This document shows positions 39,175-51,827 of a DNA stretch of 64,000 nt, in pieces. The notes below the pieces were generated by a model. That model was not told the origin of the DNA, did not search any database, and worked only from the letters and a program-made list of their open reading frames with translations. This DNA is from Basidiobolus meristosporus CBS 931.73. Taxonomy: Eukaryota; Fungi; Basidiobolomycota. The DNA is taken from the NCBI GenBank assembly GCA_002104905.1, contig MCFE01000470.1:1-64000 (forward strand). The letters are read 5' to 3'. The translations under genes and the position numbers were made by a program. The first letter of the stretch is position 1; each line of letters begins with the position of its first letter.

Positions 39175-41839
39175 GTTCTTCAATCAAAAATGCAGTTTTG
39201 ACATTCATTTGATTAATAAAAAACTTGTACTTGGCACCAATAGCCATTATTAATCTGATGGAACTAAACTTGCCTACCAGTGCAAAGGTCTCAGTATGGT
39301 CAAGTCCTTTTGTTTAAGAGTATCCTTTGGGCACAAGTCTTGATCTGTATCTATCAACTGTGCCATCAGCTTTGTATTTTGTCTTGAAGACCCATCTGCA
39401 TCCAATTGACTTTTGGTTGATTGGGAACTTGACCAAGTCTCAAGCTTGATTTTCCATTAGGGCCTGATATTCCTCAGTCATTGCAGATCTCCAAGACTTT
39501 GTCTGAGGGCTATTTAGGGCCTCTTTTACAGTCTGGGGCTCATCAATATGGACTGAGTAGGCATAGGCTAAGTTTGTACCCTCATTGCTGAAGTAATTTG
39601 GCCTATTTCTTGCCCAATTGGATCTTTGGGCATTTGATACTGGAATGATCACTTCTGGGATATTCCTGGGCACTGATTCTGGCTGAACCACAGTTGTAGA
39701 GTCCTCTGGAGTGTAAAAACACTCATTGTTTTGCCCAGATTCAATCCTGAAAATTTGTGGACTTGAGATCAGATTTTTGTCATCATCCAATGTCATTTTT
39801 TGTGAAAATTTTGAATTTTCATCAAATAGCACATCCCTGGACTTAATTAGCTTCTTTGCTTTGGTATTGTAGAGTCTGTATGCTTTACTTTCATTGCAGC
39901 AACCCAATAGTATGTATTTTACACTTTTTGGCTCAAATTTTGACTGATTTCCAGGCAGTTTCTTGGCAGATGCTGTACACCCAAATATTCTTAGATGTTC
40001 TGCACTTGGTCTGTACCCACACCATGCTTCAAATGGAGTAGAACCACAAAGTATTCTGTTATAACTCCTATTTTTAAGGTATACAGCAGTGGCAACAGAT
40101 TCTGCCCAAAAATCATAGGATAATTTTTGATCATGGATCATAGATCTTGCCATTTCAATTATTGATTGGTTAGCATGTTCTGCTACTCCATTTTGCTGTG
40201 GGAAGTATGGTGTGGTAGTCTTTTGCTTTGTCCCATGAATTTTGCAGAAGTGGATGAAGAGTTTTGAGGTATATTCTCCACCATTGTCAGCGCATATTTT
40301 CTTGATTTTTCACCAGTTTCTCTCTCCACCATATCTTTAAACTCCCTGAGCTTAGACAGAGCTTCTTTCTTTCTCTCCATGAAGTAGCTCCATGTGTGTC
40401 TTGTATACTCATCAACAAAAGTGATCATATATTTCATCCTGTCTAAGGTTAAATTTTATATAGGTCCACATAGATCTGAGTGAATTAGATCTAATTTTTT
40501 CTTAGTTTTGACTAACCCAGAGCTCTTGAGCAGTTATCTGGCTTGTTTCCCATATATGCAGGCTTCACAATGCTCCAAACTAGCTGGGGGATCAATTTTA
40601 CTCTAGAAATTAGCTGATCTTTGACCATTTTGTGCAAATAATCATAATTGATGTGACCAAATCTCCTGTGCCAAAGCATTGGTATTTCTTCATTTAAGTT
40701 ACCTATATTGGCTTCCAAATATGATGTAATATAAGTCAACTTGTGTAGATTCTGATCTCTGATACCCAAAGCAATATGGGCACCATTTTGATCAGTGATC
40801 TTGCATCCAGAATTGTCAAAGATGAAACTGAGTCCTTCTGTAGTGGCCTTGCTTATAGAGAGTAGGTTCTTGGCTATTTCTGGTACATAGAGTACTTCTT
40901 TGAAGGTCAGTGTATGGCTTCCTTCACTGCTTCTAAGGTCTACTTGGATGGTTCCTTCTCCCACTGCATTAAGTGTTCTATTGTCACCCATAAAAACCTT
41001 CTTGATTGGAATTTCTTGATATTGGGTAAAAAGTTCTTTTTGGTGTGTAAAGTGTTGAGATGCTCCAGAGTTAATATGCCATGTTTGAGAATCCTTGTTT
41101 GTGGTCCTATTTAGTGCATTTATGAATAGTCTATCTTCAGTTGTTGCAGCATTTCCATATTCAGGCTTTTTCTGCATACTATCTTTCTTTTTGAAGCACA
41201 GGTCTGATGTGTGTCCTTTCCTTTTGTAGTAGTTACAAATCAGGTTGCTGTTGCCTTTGTAGGGTCTTAAGTACCTTCTTTGTTGGTTATTGTTGCTTAT
41301 TGAAGCATTTTCTTCTTCCTTCTTATTGGTGCTTGATTTTCTTAATTCTTCATGCAGGTGCCATACATATATGTAATTTAAGGTCAAATCTTCAGTTTTG
41401 GACTCTAGGGCTGATTCAAGGCCCTGAAACTTATCTGTCAGGCTATTTAGGATGATACCTACCCCATCCTCATCAGTAGTTGGTACACCCACAGATTCCG
41501 TTTCATCTACCTGCAGGGTAATTATGTTGATTAGATTGTTCATTTCCTCTCCTGGCTGCATCTTTGTAGTAAGAAATTTTTGTCCCAGATACATTTTCTT
41601 AGCAGCTAAACATGGCTGGTAGGAGTCTTCTAATACCTTCCAGGCATTCTTTGCCATTTTTGCTCTTGAGCATTGAATTAGCAATTTGTCTTTAACATTA
41701 AGGCAAATGCAGTTAAAGGCACTTTGTTCTTTCTTCTGGTACTTTGAGGCTTCCTCTCCTGCATTTTTAGTAGGGCATTCTTCTATCATGACAATTTCCC
41801 AAAGACCTCTGTCTTGTATCAGCATCTTCATCTTCACGT

Positions 41840-42910
41840 TGTAGTGGGGTGACAGTGACACCCACCAACAGATGTGCTCATTCCCTTATTTTCTACTTCC
41901 CTATATCCCTACTGCACTCATTTTAGTTTTATCCCATTTGTCTTACCCAATCAGTACTATCCCATAAGCCGGTTGACTATCACACCTGCTTACCTTATTG
42001 CATAAGTTACCCCTCACTTTATGTAAGATTACTAGCTATAAGTACTTCTATATTAGGCAAGTACCCGTGCCAGTACCTGTGACACATGACCAACCCGTGT
42101 CACCTTCCCTACCATTTCCATACCATATATGGTATCCCCATGTTACACAGGTTTCAGAATACTGATTCCTGATTGGTTGGATGTGCTGTGCCTCTTAGAA
42201 CCTTCTGGCACCTACTTAGAACATTCTTAGGTCATTCTGATGTCATTAAGATTTCTATTGATATCCGGAACCTTCTGGAACACCATGATTAGTAATCACT
42301 TAGCCGGTAAGAAAAGTATATAAGGGAGGCTATCCCTCAACAATAAATCATCATCCCTTTTATCAATATACCAACTTGTTGATTAGTGTGATCACTGCTA
42401 CCTGCTGCTACCTGAACTTCCAACCCTAGACCACAGGACACTCCCAGGAAACCGCGCTGACAGCCAATTGACCTTGCAGGCACTACTTGTGAGGAATACT
42501 CAGAGTAGGTATCTTTTATTATATTTGATTCTTTCCCAAGTTTGTTCTTGTACAGGCAAAGATACTTTTCTGTCTTTGTAACTATTGACCACAGCTGCAT
42601 TCTTATCAAGTCCCTGCTGGTGGAATTTACAGTTGTTTTGACTTTGGAAGCTTTAGTACATTGTCATCTCAAAGGACGCTGAACCCAGCACATACTTTTG
42701 TTAAGACGCCAACTTAGTTGGGGATTGTAGCTCAATAGTTTTCCCTTGACAAGCTTGTGGCTTTATTCCCCTTCACATTAGATTAGAAACAGAACCCAAG
42801 TATTCCTAGCAAGCTTTTGCCAGAGGTTATTGCACCCAGTGAACACCCCACACACCAAACACTTCAGAAGTGTTGGACGTATCTCTCCCTTGGACCTATA
42901 CACCACCACA
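41840..42910. mobile_element. Solo LTR, family B (1071 bp, opposite orientation), inserted in copia gag
   Basis: Reverse complement of 17659-18729. TSD ACGT/ACAT. Confidence 0.92.
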
Positions 42911-43889
42911 ACATTCCACACCTGGTAGTTAGATCCATCCAACTTTTCAGTAGAGGAAAAAGTTCCAGTAATAGCAGTACTAGACATTGCCAAGAGTGAC
43001 AGAGTGGGGCCCATAACCTTGTGTAAGAGTCTTGAAGATATTGGAAGTGATTGGGAGAACAAGTATATTATGTTGTTTTCACTTAATGATTTATTGAATG
43101 TAAAAGTAGTATTTATACTTTTACCTAATCTTGGCATTACAAACATGTAGAATAGGTAAAGGAAGGTTGCAAGAACATGTGTGCAAAGTTTGGGGCTGTT
43201 TGGGCAACTTTGAGAATTTTCATGTTCTGGGTACCTGGTGTATTGGTGAAAATATTCAAAGTAAATCCTAACAAGGAATTTGGTCAGTATTCTCTAGCAT
43301 TTGAAGGTAATGATCTAAGTGACTAAGTTAGGTGAATATTTAGGTGAAAATACAAAGCTTTACAACAATACAGAGGCATGATTCTAGAGTGGAATGCATG
43401 AATGGCATAAGGGGAGGTAGAAAAATGATATACCATATGGTGAATTGGTATGGTAGCATTATAGAGGACTAGATATATGCCACTGTACTGCCATGATAAT
43501 ACCTACAGAGGTCCACCTCAAGACTGTTGGAATATGTTAAATTTTCTGCCATATATGGCAATTGCCCATATTGGCTGGTTTGATTGACTTGAATAATTGT
43601 AGACTGCTTTAAGACTGTCTGAGTACCATGTAGGCCCTGCAATAACACCATAAGAACATTGTCAAGTTTATTACTTTATTTGACAGTATAAACAGCAAAA
43701 CACTGGCACCATCCTGCCATTTGATTATCCACAGGGTCAAGAATTCCATGCTGCTGGCATTAAAATGGCTTCATTGCAGGATTCTGATGGCCAATTCAGA
43801 TTGGATCAACCTGCATGACCAAACTGATTTTAAAAGGGCAATAGAAATGCAGTTAAGGGCACATTCTTCTGTCTGCTGGTACCTTAGGA

Positions 43890-44425
43890 CTTCCTCTCCC
43901 TGGCATTTTTGAGGGCATTCTATTCCCATGACAATACCCCAGAATGCCCTATACTATAGCAGCATCTTCATACTTGCCTATCAGACTCATAATTAGTCAA
44001 TCCAACTTTCAGCAGTAAGAAAATTCTAGCAATAACAGTAGTGGACATTATGAAGAGTGATAGCTTGGGGCACATAAGCTGCTGAAAGAGTTTTGAAGAT
44101 ATTGGAAGTCATCAGGAGAACAAGTAGAATATGTGGTTTGCACTTGATCAAATATGGGAAGTAAGTGTTGCATATAGATATTGGATGGTTTTAGCAGAGC
44201 ATACACATAGAATAAGCTGAGGAAGGTCTCAAAAGCAAGTGTGCAAAGTTTGGGGCTGTCAGGACAACTTTGAGAAGTTTATGTTCTTGATACCTATTGT
44301 TTGGATGAAAATATTCCAAATTCATTCAAGTAGAGAGTTTGCTCTAAACTCTCCATGAACTGTCAACATTGATTGAAGTGGCCAAGTTAGGTATGTATAT
44401 AGGTGAAACTACTAACTTTGCAACA
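43890..44425 (-). mobile_element. Older copia-2-like relic (gag start, PBS remnant, LTR 44080-44425)
   Basis: Diverged similarity to 28250-28738 and 42920-43367. GGGCACATAAG PBS-like remnant and ...GCAACA end. Confidence 0.55.
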
Positions 44426-47100
44426 AAAACTGCTAAGTACTATTTACCATATAGGCAATTTAGATAGTGATGGGATGTTAAGAGCTCACCATTGGCTATT
44501 TGAGGGGCACAAGAATTTCAAGCTTCCCATATCATAATAGTCCTGTGTGATATTGGTTGGATCCACTTGTATGATCAAATTGCTCCTCATAGGGAAGATT
44601 CAGTTCTAGCATGTAAATCATGGTACACTGGGCATTTTAGGCACTACTTTGGGACATTGGTTGTAACTCACTTGAGTATGTGAGCCTTTGGCAAGTGTTG
44701 GTATGCATAGATATTGTCCAAAGTATATCCAAAACTACTAAGAGCAAAGTAGCATGCTCATTATAGCAAGAAGGCTTTACATCACTCAAGTTTTTTAACT
44801 TATGTCAATATTGGAATAACTTTGGAGCAAATGCTCTATGGCTGATTTATGAGATTGTCTATAAATCAAGATCTCCAGCATATTTCACACTTGTTGGTAT
44901 GGGATGGAATTCCTTTCTGTTATCTATACTTTGCCAGCAAATCAAATTTTCTCCCATTTCATTGGTGAGCAAGAAGAAAAAAATGTGGCCAGCAGGCACT
45001 CTGGCTGGCCACTGGTGTATTATTGACAGCACAAAATTAACCTGTCAGTGTGGATAGGCTCCTACTTATTGAAGTTAACAAGTAACTGATATATTTTTAC
45101 ACCATTCTTCATGAAAAATCTCATAGTTGGGATTCATTGGATTTTTAGCTAGTACTCAGCTGGTATTTCTGCTTCAAATTTGCAGTTGCCATTTTTTGTG
45201 AAAGTACCAAGCAGCTGATTACCAAACTTGGCATGAATGCTAGTTGGCCTAGTCACCTCCTGGACAGGAAGTCTGCTTGTCTGCTGTGAAGTCAGTCCTG
45301 AGATATCAACAATGGTTGCTTTTGAGACAGATGGAATTTAGCTGGTGTTATGATAATATTCAGCTGGCCTGTTCTTAATTTGCTTCTTAGGGATTCTGGT
45401 CAAGCTCTATCAACCACACATCAAGTAAAGTCCCAGAAGCATGTTTGCAAAACTGTGGGGACTTTTGGATAGCTCCAGGATCTTTTAAGCTCTGGGAACT
45501 TGATATTTTGGTGAATACTCCTAGTAAATCATGACAAAGATCTTTTGTAGTATTCTCAAGGGTGTGTATGCCAAAGTTTATGTAATTTAGCTAATAAATC
45601 AATGGAGGCAATTAAAAGATTTATAACCATCTTAACTTCCAGGCTTGGCGATTGTATCCATCTGGCATTGCCGCATACTGGAAAAATTCTGCCTGTGGCA
45701 ATTGTAGAAATTGCAGGGAGCAGTGGTTTGGGCTACACAGCATGTTGCGAGTCATAGCACAAATCAACACTAATGGAAGAACAAGAGTGGTAAGCGATTT
45801 TCACTGAGCAATTTATTGGGCTTAAAGTGGTGTGGAAAGTTTTGCCTAATCTTGGCAAAGTAAACACATAGCTTATGCTTGAAATGACTTCAGGAGCATT
45901 TGTGGGTGCTTTTGGACAACTCTGTAACTCCCATACTCTGGGAACTTGACATTGCGGTGAGAACAAGATAAGTGAACCCCAACAAGGAGCTTGGACTGTT
46001 GCAATATTCTGAGGAGTATTGGAAGTGATATGGAGAGCTAGAGGATTTACATGTTATTCACTGTTTTGACAGGTTGATCGAAGATATTTTCAGTGAGCAT
46101 ATTGCAGTCACTGAAGACCACAAGGTACTTGGAGTGGCCAAACCCCACATGTCTCATGAGTTCAAGCTGCGCATGCTTGGTGAAGTCCGTGTCCAGGTTG
46201 GGATAGATCTTTTTCAGGATCTATGCGACCAGATATTTGCTTCCTAACTTATCTACCATATCAACAGAGCATATTGCCATCGGAAAGACCATTAGGTTTG
46301 GCTCGGACGAATATCTGGTCAGGTGCTTCGTAAATTTTCGATTTCCACCCGAGTATTTCCATCTACTCCCACCGATCGAGGTTTTGGTTGGCATCTCTAG
46401 AAAATCCACCCCCCCCCCTCTCTCTTAGCAGTCCCCAATCCAGTGGGTAGGCGGTTCATCACATTGGCTCGTCGGGTGGTGTGTGCATTGGGCATCTCTA
46501 GTTCGCAACCGTGCGAAGATTTTGCTCGTCAACCAGGCAGGTTCTTGGTTCCGGAGGGTGATTCTTGGGGACGGTTACGCCTCCACCCCGTCTACATATC
46601 AACGGTATCGTGGCACTCTCAACCATTGCAAATGGCGGCGGGATGAGAGCGTGCTTGGCTTATGAGGAAGTTTGCTGAGTGACTGGGTATCCAATATGGT
46701 AGTTCACTATGATAAGGTAGCGGATTTCAATTTTCCAAGGGTGATAAGGTTTATTCAAGCGCCTGGAAGTGATTCGGAACAAAAGGGGGGCAGATCTTCA
46801 CCGGTCTGCTATTGGGGTGGAGTAGAAGTGGTCCCACACCCGTAGAACCGATATCACAGCAAAAAAAGGGGGGTGGCATCATATATGAACAGCGGGATCC
46901 GTAGCAACCGTATTGGTATTCGCCGGTTGGGTTGATTGAGAAAATAAGAAGCGCCGATCGAAGGAACCTAAGCCCATGGCCCAGTCTCAACAAGACCCTC
47001 CCAACACTATAACCTAACCAACGGGCTCTATGTGTAGGTGGCAGGCTATTCCGAGGTGGAGGTGGAATCTTTTGGGCGACAAGGGAAGGGACCTACCCTC

Positions 47101-48037
47101 CTACAGGGTGACACCCCAGTAGAGCCCCACCACCACTCCGAGCGTCAATAACCAACGTGCACCCTGGGCGTTCACGTGGCCAGCGGAGCGAAGGATCGCG
47201 CAACGGGGATCCAGCGTGGTGGAGTCCACGGTCGACGCGGTGAAAGTCACCTTGGCATCGGAGCAGTACCCCTGACACTGATGGAACCGAGCGCTGGTGC
47301 ATTTGGACTCCGCCCTGTACAGGGTGTCATTGAGGGAGCCTCGGTCCTCCTTACCCCTGATCTCCACCCACATGGAAAGTCGGAGACCGGAGCAGTCGAG
47401 GGAGAGGGAGTAGTTGTCGGGGATGTCTGCCCTCGGGTCCAACACCTGCTCCCTAAGCGCTCGGGTCATGCCGTTGTAGAGGGAAACGATGTCTTCGGTA
47501 CCCTGCCAGTTCATATGGCTACCCCCGAAGGAGCAGTAGTTCGACCTGGTAGATTGGAGGGGACCCGTCACACCGGGCGTTGGGGAGAGACCGGGATCCG
47601 ATGCACCGATTGGATAGGTGGTGGTGGTGGTGGCAGGGGTCAAGGCGCTTGACGACTGCATGCTATACCAGCTGCAATATTTCGTGATCTGGGCAGGTGC
47701 GTAGGATTTGTCAGAGTCGGGACATCTGGCGACACACTGGTTCATCTCGGATTGGAACTTGGTGAAGGAGGGATTCGACGGATCGCACAATATGGGACCG
47801 AGCTTTTCCGGGGGGAATTCAGGGCCGGATCGGTATGGATGGGCCTGTCGTAGTAGTCGCTCGGCAATATCCTAGCAATCCGGGTCAGTACTCTGCTCAA
47901 GCATACCCCCGCCAATCTCTTACCTCAGCGCAATCCTCCACGCACTCTCCTAGGTCGTTGTCGAAGGGGAAGCCCATTCCCTGCGCAGTCAGGGTCGAAA
48001 GAGTCAACAAACTCGCCAGTATGACGGGGTAACGCAT
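47101..48037 (-). CDS. Predicted secreted, GPI-anchored Cys-rich protein (~294 aa, 2 exons)
   Basis: Exon 1 at 48037-47924 (MRYPVILASLLTLSTLTAQG signal-like). GTAAG...CTGAC...CTAG intron. Exon 2 at 47871-47101, in frame with the 229-aa ORF. Ser/Thr linker between Cys-rich regions and a hydrophobic C-terminus (ARWLLTLGVVVGLYWGVTL). Confidence 0.75.
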
Positions 48038-48527
48038 TGCTTGGTGGTGTGGTTATTTGCGTCCAACCTAAGATCCATCCAGATATATACTCCAAGTCTG
48101 TAGATTGCATCCGGAATCGGTTAGATTTAGGAGCCATGGTCGGCACACCCATCCACCCAAACGCCCAGCCAATACTCCCGAATTCGGGGTTGGTTCTGCT
48201 TCATTCGATCGGTGATATGGAGTTTATTGATGTGGGTAGAATCATTTGGAAATCGAGGTCTCACCCCAAATCTTTGTGATTCGTCCCAAGCTGGCATTGT
48301 GGTTCACTCCAGTGATGGTCGGTGTGATCTACCCTCCACGTGAATCACCGCGCACCAACTACACCAAGTCTCCCCAGCGAGCACTCGAGTTGAACACCAG
48401 GGGGTGGTCATGTGATGGAGGAAAAGGTTTATTCCGCCGGAAGAAGGATGCGGGGGGAAGGGGGAAGGGGGGATGAAAATTATGTTACAAACGAGGGAGA
48501 AGTGGACCCGAAGGGTGTGTGCAGGGC

Positions 48528-49920
48528 CTATTTCTTTCGCTGGTTCAGAGATCGAGACTGGGCTTGGGACTGGGACTGGGACTGAGATTGGGATAGGGAA
48601 GGTAGCGGAGGCGAGGTCCTCAGTTTGTTGATGATTGCTGGGACTTTGTCTTCCTTGAAGTCGCTCCAGAATTCGTAGAGGGTGATCAACTCCTGGGTGA
48701 TCTCCACGATCTAGGACGTATGAACGAATGATTAGGTTTTCCAGGAAACACGCCAAGCTGTTGACGAACTTACCTGCTCGATTTCCACCTGTAGGTCCGC
48801 GAACCATTGTCGCATATCCCTCTTCTCCACATGCTCGGGGTACAGGGAGCACATTAAGTAGATGGCGGCCAGGGCGATCATGTGCGGCGGGTACAACAAG
48901 CACAGATTAGTGCGATAGCTGTCGTTGACGATAAACCTTGGAAACAAAACCCCAGTCGATTAGAAAGGACGTTGAGGTTCGGATCAGAGTGGCAGTAGAA
49001 ATGCTTACCACGCGGTCTGCAGACAGGACCTTCCCAGCTTCAAGTCAGCCATATATCTAGGGTAAGATAGAGATGAACGAATCAGCGATGATCCCAGATA
49101 TACACACGTTTGCCCCGAGGTCACTTACATGGAGAGTGACCGGTATGGGTGGAAGATGATCAGATGGAACTGGAGATCTTCCAGCAGGTAAAACTCGCAC
49201 TCGGCCAGAACATGATGATCGTAAGGAAAAGGGATGGCCTCCCTGGGCTCTAGAGTATCGGGCCAAGAGTTACCATCTGAGGGGGAGAGCTCAGGTTACC
49301 TCGCGGCAATAGCAAACACTTACCCAGCAGCATGTTTTTGGTCTCGTGAACAATGGTCCGAATGTGATGGGGAGATTCCTCAATCTTACACGCCAGATAC
49401 ATACACGTCGATGCCACCAGGTACGGATCGATCACACGAAAACTATTTCTAAACAAAGTGTAACACCCAAGTAAGCAACCGAGGGCCAGTACCAAAGCGA
49501 CCTTGTTCGAGTGAGAAAGTCCCCTTACTTGGCGTAGAACCGTTTGAAATACACCAAGGCGGTGGCGGTGACCTGTTGACGTAATTGCAGCCTTTTACCT
49601 AGCTTGTGCATCACTGTCGAAGTCGCATTAGACTCTATAGAGAAAGGGCTGGGCCAGCGCCAAACCTCGTCCACGCACGGGCCCCGCCTAACCAAGTGGA
49701 AACGAAGACTCACGGTTCGCGAAATAGATCTCTATCCGGAAAATATCCGCCGCCTCGGCGTACTGCAGGTCCTCCAGCTTGTTTTTCTGCAGGGAAGTGC
49801 GATCTAACTTCCAGTATTTACTAGGAACGCGTCGAGAAGATACGATTAGAGCCTGGTTCGCAACAAAGCATGAGTTGAAGAGGAATACAATTGTGAGGAA
49901 TCCCAGTAGTTCGCCGCCAT
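48528..49920 (-). CDS. SSN8: Cyclin C (Mediator CDK8-module cyclin), 8 exons
   Basis: Spliced translation MAANYWDSSQFKYWKLDR...LRQQVTATALVYFKRFYAK...IDPYLVASTCMYLACKIEE...ECEFYLLEDL...FHPYRSL...AWFIVNDSYRTNLCLLYPPHMIALAA...RQWFADLQVE matches cyclin C motifs. All introns are GT-AG. Confidence 0.95.
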
Positions 49921-50306
49921 CGTTGTCTGGCTTGTAGTTGAGCGTGGAAAGGGTTAGGGGCGTTAAGTTGGTTGATGTGGGACAATCCCCAAGAACAATG
50001 TGATTCGCATGGAGCTTGCTCACTGGAACGGAATTGATCGCAGTTAGGGTTGGGTTGCTAAGCAAAATGATTAAATTCCGGCCAGATTTGATGATTATTC
50101 GGTGCAGATGAGAGTAGATCTACGAGCCAGCAAAAACTGGCAAAAACTGGCAAAAACGGGCGACAACGCGCAAAAACCAGGGGTCATCACCAAAAAAGGC
50201 GAAGTAAAAAAAAGAAAAATACCCTGGACTGGGATGGAAGTGGATCTAACAAAAGGGGTGGGCGAGGACTGGTGGATCCTTCTCCTTTGCAACCATCGAG
50301 ATTAAG

Positions 50307-50691
50307 ATGTCTGCCGAACAAGCTATTGTCTACGCTGCCCTCATCCTCCAAGACGACGGTGTTGAGATCACCGTAAGTTCTTGATTCACCACCATGCTGC
50401 ATCGGTGTTCCCCGTTTACTGACTGTCTCCCTTTAGGCTGATAAACTCACCGCCCTCACCAAGGCTGCCAACGTCGAAGTCGAGCCCGTCTGGGCCTCTC
50501 TCTTCGCCAAGGCTTTGGCCGGCAAGAACCTCGGTGACTTGTTGATGAACGTTGGTTCCGCTGGTGCCGCTCCCGCCGCTGCTGGTGGTGCTGCTGCCGC
50601 CGGTGCTGCTGAAGATGCTCCTGCTGCTGAGGAGAAGGAAGAAGCCAAGGAAGAGTCTGATGACGATATGGGCTTCGGTCTCTTCGATTAA
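50307..50691 (+). CDS. RPP1: 60S acidic ribosomal protein P1 (2 exons: 50307-50372, 50437-50691)
   Basis: [22 protein letters not shown]|[27 protein letters not shown]...[20 protein letters not shown], with the canonical C-terminus. Confidence 0.97.
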
Positions 50692-51055
50692 GCAGATGGT
50701 TGTATTCATCCCGATCTCTTAACCAACAAACCAACAATAAATATTGCCTTTGTGCTATTCACGCGTCTCGCAATCGCCCTTTGTTGCTCATTTTCCTCGT
50801 TCCTCAATGGATGGGTGGAGTCGGAAAAGATTCAGGCTGCAACACCAATGCCAACTCCATTACACCTCGCTAGACCAATCCTTCATCGAGATCGAAGTCC
50901 AGAGTAGATCCCGATCTTTTCGGGAAATACGGAAATCGGCTGATCTCGGTTAGTTGAAAGCTAAAATCCCCCCTTTTTAAGTGTCAGCTGGTTACTCTCT
51001 AATACCGGTGGACAGCCGACACGTTGAACAGACCGCCTCCCACTAGACAACGAAC

Positions 51056-51827
51056 ATGTTAGAGAACTGGTCGTACACGGACATCTTTTTCCTACTGGCT
51101 CTTCCTGTTCTGCTTCATTTCACCTTGACGAAGCTGTGGTTTTCCAAATACGCAAAGTCCGGCAAGAAGGTAAGATTCAGTGGGAAAGACCAGGTAGTTG
51201 AGCACGAGGCCGGGGAAGAGAAGGAGGGCGAGACCGCCGAGGAGAACAAGAGCTCGGATGGGAATGAGGCTACCAAGTAAGTGTCCCCCCCGGAACCTCC
51301 CTGTGAACCTTCTTCCCTGACAATTCCAACCGAAAGTGAGAAGAAAAAGCGAGAGTTTCCTCCGTTGAGGCCACCCGAGGATTACCCGTTCACCGCGAAG
51401 GAGCTGGCCAAATTTGACGGCTCCGATCCGGAACTCCCGGTCTATGTAGCCATCAAAGGAGTGGTGTTCGATGTCACTTGGAACAGAACCGCCTACGCAC
51501 CGGGAAGCGGTTACCATGTGTTTGCCGGCAAAGATGCCTCCAAAGTAACCCGCTTCTCCCATTTCCACTGCGGACAAAACGACTCATCCGTATTTCCTAG
51601 GCACTTGGAATGAGCTCACTAAAAGCCGAAGATTGCACTGCAGACTACAGCAGCCTGAATGACAAGCAGGTAAACAACCACCTTTCCTTTTCCTTTTCTT
51701 TGGGTTGAAACCCTCGCTGACCAACCCCTACTCTAACCTAACTGGTAAACAGAGAGAAACCCTAGATGGCTGGTACAAATTTTTCATGAAGCGGTACAGT
51801 ATTGTTGGTCGGGTTACTCAAAACTAG
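51056..51827 (+). CDS. Membrane-associated progesterone receptor (MAPR/Dap1-like) cytochrome b5-type heme/steroid-binding protein, 4 exons
   Basis: Exons 51056-51276, 51337-51544, 51601-51669 and 51753-51827. N-terminal TM helix, then FTAKELAKFDGSD..PVYVAIKGVVFDVT...Y.PG..YHVFAGKDASKALG...LDGWYKFF.KRY.IVGRV. Confidence 0.9.

Larger units (their letters stand above)
36354..43367 (-). mobile_element. Ty1/copia element (copia-2b) with two nested solo LTRs
   Basis: Partial LTR at 36354-36565, LTR at 43019-43367, PBS GGTTATGGGCCC (43007-43018). Gag/protease at 40512-41839 (N-terminus DGSNYQVWNV rejoins KMKMLI across the 41840-42910 insertion), integrase at 39440-40437, RT/RNase H at 36580-37787 and 39175-39440. 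Confidence 0.92.

Noticed and set aside
1-46000. Neurospora-type RIP as the cause of decay
   Set aside because: The diagnostic differences seen between copies are at CpG, and CpA/TpG are abundant. A formal context count is still needed.
44430-46200. Further degraded repeats, including copia-LTR-like patches at ~45400-46100
   Set aside because: Too eroded to assign boundaries or family by eye.
51092-51577. 161-aa minus-strand ORF
   Set aside because: Antisense shadow of the spliced MAPR gene. The same applies to antisense ORFs over RPP1, cyclin C, HAD, con-6 and gag-pol.
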